Positions 59,201 to 64,000 of a stretch of 64,000 bases of DNA are shown in pieces (position 1 is the first letter of the stretch; each line of letters opens with the position of its first letter). A program made the position numbers and the translations under genes. The DNA is from Lama glama (taxonomy: Eukaryota), in contig CM052832.1 in the NCBI GenBank assembly GCA_028534125.1, positions 23,438,001-23,502,000 on the forward strand, given 5' to 3'. The notes under the pieces are model-generated. The model had not been told where the DNA came from. It ran no database searches and saw nothing but the letters and a program-made list of their open reading frames with translations.

Positions 59201-62200
59201 ACAGCAGGGTATTACATCAGCACACGCAGCCACCTGATGCTGGAGCCCTGACTGAATATCCCTGTGTGAAAATTGTTAGCGGGGGCAGAAGCCCTGGCCC
59301 GTCTGGTGCCACCTGCTCTGGGGGCTGCTGTGTGGAGGCCACTCAGATGGAAACTGCCTGATGTCTCACATCCTCTGACCAGGGCAGCAGGCAGATGCTA
59401 ACAGGGCTCCGCGCTGCTTTATATAGCTTAGCGAATGATCTTCGGGGTATGTCTTCTTCCAAACTTGAAGCACTTGTTTCTCATCTGGAGCAGGCTGCAG
59501 CCTTAGCATTGGACTGGACTTTTGAGAGACAGCTTCGCACTTTATATTTTAGTAAACTCTCCCATCTTCTTTGTCACTGTTGGCAGTTGGGAAGCTCTAT
59601 GGCCGGTGAAGAGGAGAGAGAGCACGTATAGGAATCCTGCGGGTACCGTAGTCAAGTTCACCATCCACTTGCCACCTCCGCCCCACAGGTCAGCTGACCC
59701 CCTTGGGAGGGCGGGACAGCTGGCTAGGCACACTCCAAGGAGGCTGCCCCGGGCTCTTGCCACATGACTCAGGAACCGCAGGTCTGTGAAGGGCTATTCC
59801 AGGCTTCTGGTCCTTCTCCGCTAGTTTCTAGAGTGTTTTGCAGGTTTGAGGCACAGCTTACTGCGAACATTTGCTAGCCTGTGTGTGTGCTTATTTGTTA
59901 ATTGATTTTGTTTACAAGCAGAACGGTACTTGCAAAGTGCCTTGTGTTCAGTTACTGACAGTTATTAGACCTCTGTGAGTTCTGTCATGGAGTGCTGGGT
60001 AAAGGTTTCCAGATATGTGAGTGGAAGGTAATAACCAGGTCCATTGCAAATGTCTTACTGCCCCTTTTAGATCTAAACGTGGGGCAGAACCCTGGTCTTC
60101 AATAAGAAGACCTTCAATAAGGTCTTCTGTGTCTTCCCTGTTCCTTTCCCACAACAGCTGGCTCCTGCCTTGTACCCGGTAGGTACCTTCTAGATGTCGG
60201 TGGTCGGGTACCATGAAAGATCCAGATACGCGTTTTACAAGAAGAGCTGTGCCTGGTATGGGGGTCTCTGTCTGGAGTGTTTGTGTTTGATTCTCGGGCT
60301 GTTCTGTCATGTCCCTTGTGGTTCTGCCACCTCTAGTCCGGGCCCCGTGAGACCTTTCAAGTTTGCATTTGATTATTACGTAGAAACAGGCTCTGTGCTT
60401 TTGCACACAACTTTTTTGGATAACACCAGTACAAGTGTGGCCCTTGACGCTTACTGACTTTGACTCCACTGCCTGGGGCTGACACCCCGAGGCCACAGCT
60501 GACAGCACCACTTGCGTAAGCATAGGTCGATCCAGCCAAGGACTTTGACAAAGTGCCCGTGGTTAATGTCTGCTGCACAGCCTGTTCGGAGCCTCAGCAG
60601 CAAGTTCTGTCCAGGTGACTAGCGGGAGAGAATCCTGTCCTTAGTGGAGCCATGAGGGTGCATATTTATCACTTCCTGTAGTACTAGAGCTGTTGCCTGC
60701 CCCAGAGGTTGTGTGGTCCCAGACTTGGGTGGGTCAAGGGATGGAGGGACAGTCTGACCGAGAGGGAGGGAAGATACTGGGGGCTTGCCCGTGCTCCTTC
60801 CTCCAGCTTCGCCTGGAGTCCAGTGCCTGTTGACCTGGGTCAGTTCCCTGAGTGGCGGGGGCTGCTGGCCCACCTACTTTTCCTTCTCTTGGTGGGTGAG
60901 GGCACTTCTCATCCTTTGGTTCCTAGGCAGTATCCTGGGTTGATTGTGCATCTTCTGCTCGTCCTTGAGACAGTGTTTTAGTAGTTGTTTTAACTCTGAA
61001 GCACACATATCGAATGATGCTCCTGAGATTGTCGCTCCCCCAGGGGTTCCTTGAGGGTGGTGGGCAGTTTGTAGCATCTTGTCCAAGAATGCATGTTGGG
61101 TTGGGAGTCATGTGAGAGTGGCGCTCTACAAGGAAGCCTTGAGTCTGCTTTTACTTCTATTTTTAAGCCATTGCAGACATTGCTGTCTTTATTGAGACTG
61201 TACAGACTTGATTAAATCAGCCACTCAGACTTTATTTGGCAAGCACTCTATCAACAAGTTACTTTTGATACATCTCGTAATGATTCCCAAACATTCACTA
61301 GGAATAGTCCCATGGCTGAGCTTTGGTGGTTGATAGATCAGAGCAGAAAGGCAGAAGGCTCATTGGCAGGCAGGACTGAGAGGCAGGGCAGCTTATTGGG
61401 AGTTGTTGCCAGCAGCAGTTGTATGCTGAGGTGTCCCTCGACTCTGGACGTAACCAGGCATCCAGGTTGCTGGAACCTGCGGGCTTCCAGCAAGGCTTTG
61501 GAAATCGAATAGTTTTCTCTGCCTGAGGCAGGTTTAGCTTTCCAGTCCCTGAGCAGTTGAATGTGAGGTGGGCTCCTGCTGTCTTTCCTTCTTCACAGCA
61601 CTTTTAAAATGACAGAGTAACAAACAAAACAATTCTACTTTTATTATTATTTTTTTAACCCAGGTGTCTGTGGGGCTGACTTTTTAGGAGCTCACAGCTA
61701 ACTTCTGCATAGCTGAGGGCTTCCAAATGCAGCGGAAAAGAGGCATATATTCTTCCTTCTCTTTTTGAAATCTCAAATAACTTTAATATAATCTTTCTCT
61801 AATGATAAAAATGGTGCACACGGACTATTAAACAACTTAGATAATATAGGATATTAGAGAGATGCAAAATAAAATTTACTCATCATCCTGTTGATTTTTT
61901 GATGCGTTTGCCTCTTTCCGTGCGTGGTATTTTATAATGCTGAGTGGAGCACTTATTTCATAAGGTTATGAAAACACAGCAGTTGCATCCTGCCTCTAGG
62001 CTGTAACACTGTCTAGAAATTTAGAAATACCAAGTGCAGCTAAGCGTTGGCCTGAGTCCTAGTTCTCATTGACACTTTTGTGTGTGTGTTGCTTTACCTT
62101 TAAGACATCTCTTCGTCAAAGTTTCCCCCTCCTCAGACTACTTTTCCCCCCAAAAAGTGCTCGTCCCTAAAGGGAATAGAATGTCTACTTAACCGAGTGT

Positions 62201-62249
62201 GACCTGCAGATTATTTAGAATTTCCCCTCCCTCGTTGACAAGCAGCATT

Positions 62250-62430
62250 AGCAGCGCTGGCTCTGGAGTCCTGGCTCCCTGGGGGTAAATCTCAACACCT
62301 GTACTTACTACCTGAGTGATCTTGAGCAAGCTGCTTAACCCTTCCGAGCCTTAATTTCCAACTCTGTTTAAAAGAGGTAAAGCACTTGCAGTAATTCCTA
62401 GCACATGGTAAGTAATAAGTTTTAGCCGTT
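62250..62430. mobile_element. MIR relic
   Basis: ggctctggagtc..cttactacctgagtgatcttgagcaagctgcttaacccttccgagccttaatttcc..cctagcacatggtaagt. Confidence 0.7.
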
Positions 62431-64000
62431 TTTACTAGTGCGTTGTTATTAATGCAGTAGGAAGAACCGTAAGACAGAGGGATGATGCTGAAATAGTATG
62501 AGGAATAATGATGATAAGAACAAAAGCACTTTTAAATAATTTCTCAAAGTTCTTTGACGGGAGGTGCAGTCAAGTCTGTGCTTGATCTGTGTTGAAACAA
62601 TCAAACATTGTACCGTATTTGGATTAGATCCAGTTTTTATTCAAACCCTCCTTTTTTTGGTAAATGCTCAAATTGTCACATCTTGACAATTTGAATTTAA
62701 GAATCTTCTGAATTGTGTTCTTTCAGCTACTCCTCAGACTTCTGAAAGTGTACTTGCTCATGGGCAAAAATATGTTCCAGAATCTTAAATACTTACTCTG
62801 TCAAGCTATAAAAAAATTTAGTGGAAAAGAACATTACAGACAAATTCCAGTGGGTGCACCAGGTCATTTCTCATAAGTATTAAAGTTGCTATGTTAGGTC
62901 ACTTTAGAGATGGAATCAAAAATACACACATACATACAGATTATTTTTGTAAGCTGACATTGATAATTTTAATTTTAACCTTACCTTTATCATACCACTT
63001 ACCTATTGAAAGTTGTTAGCTCCAGTGTTATACTTTCTAATTTGAAGAGCTTGTGATTATTCCTTAATCTAAAATTATGCATAAGGTAATGTGTTATTTA
63101 TCAGCACAAATATAGATTTAAAATGAAACCACAAGGTCGATATCAACCCTGATAATAAAGCTACTGAATAAGTAACAAGATTTAGCTTCACAGATGTCGT
63201 CAGTGGCTGCGCTCTGAAAATGTCACACTAATGAAGCATAGTTAAATTACTTTGTTTTGAGTCACTTATAATAATTTTTTTCCCCTTCCTGCTTCTAAAA
63301 AAAGAATGGAACTTTTGACTCAGTAAAAGCCATGTGAAATTTTGTAAGGCCCAGGCAACCGGTTTCTGTGTCCAAATGGAGTTTCTCTCAATAATAGCTG
63401 AAATATTGGTCAATGAAACGGTCTTTGGCAGATTTGAATCAAATAGAACAAAACCGTTATGCTTTCCCACCGATGATTTTTAATACTTGAATACTATTCT
63501 CAGATAGTCATGTTTTAAATGTTTGTATGTCTAGCCTTGGTGGAAATATTTCTTTGCCACCTAATTAAATTTGTAGACAAACATCATCTAGAAATTAAAC
63601 ATGACCAAAACTAACAACTATTAGAGAAAATTAATCTAACCTTTTCAGTTGGGACATCTGAGTTTCCTTTTTTTTTTTTTTAATATATATACATTTCAGA
63701 ATTATCAAAACATCTATATGGGATAAAATCAAGCCAACTTTGAATATCTACAGATGGCAATCACCTAAGCCCATGAAAAATTTGCCGGGTTAGTATCATT
63801 TTTGTCCAGTATATGTTATTACAAAACAAAACAAAACAAAACAAAACAACAAATCTTAAACTTCTGGGTTTCTCTTCAAGAAAGCAGCTACAGTGTATGC
63901 TCAGTTTGACAACTTTCCACTTGCATTTTCCTCCTCCATGTAACAGTGACATTTTCTGCTGTTGTAATGAATTTGGTTTACTTGCACTTTATCTAATGAT

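Noticed and set aside
46816..64000. Further KIF13A exons in the remaining 17 kb
   Set aside because: I saw no sequence encoding the next expected residues (KPPKVFAFD, recalled from human), which fits a long intron 2. A micro-exon or one hidden in the gap cannot be fully excluded.
1..64000. CRISPR arrays, operons or prokaryotic defence systems
   Set aside because: The DNA is mammalian throughout, with no regularly spaced repeat-spacer structure or foreign-looking gene block.

Overview
Mammalian genomic DNA, most likely a camelid (alpaca/llama/camel), judged from the tRNA-Ala(AGC)-derived Vic-1-type SINEs. The window covers the conserved TPMT-NHLRC1-KIF13A block, all on the + strand: the last three coding exons of TPMT (153-1876), the intronless NHLRC1/malin gene (6883-8070) in a CpG island, about 38 kb of repeat-rich intergenic DNA, and the KIF13A CpG-island promoter with exons 1-2 (46415-46815) followed by the start of its long intron 2. 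There are three assembly gaps. I found no evidence of a new multi-gene system. The best second-look items are small: a retro-inserted 5' half of tRNA-Gly(GCC) ending at the anticodon, a stop-free in-frame KIF13A intron 1, a CTCF site with its upstream module plus a 21-bp tandem duplication in front of NHLRC1, a 59-bp L1 insertion with a perfect TSD, His at the TPMT position matching human variant R215H, and an apparently short NHLRC1-KIF13A interval. Repeat family names and comparisons to human sequences come from memory, not from database searches, and repeat boundaries are approximate.
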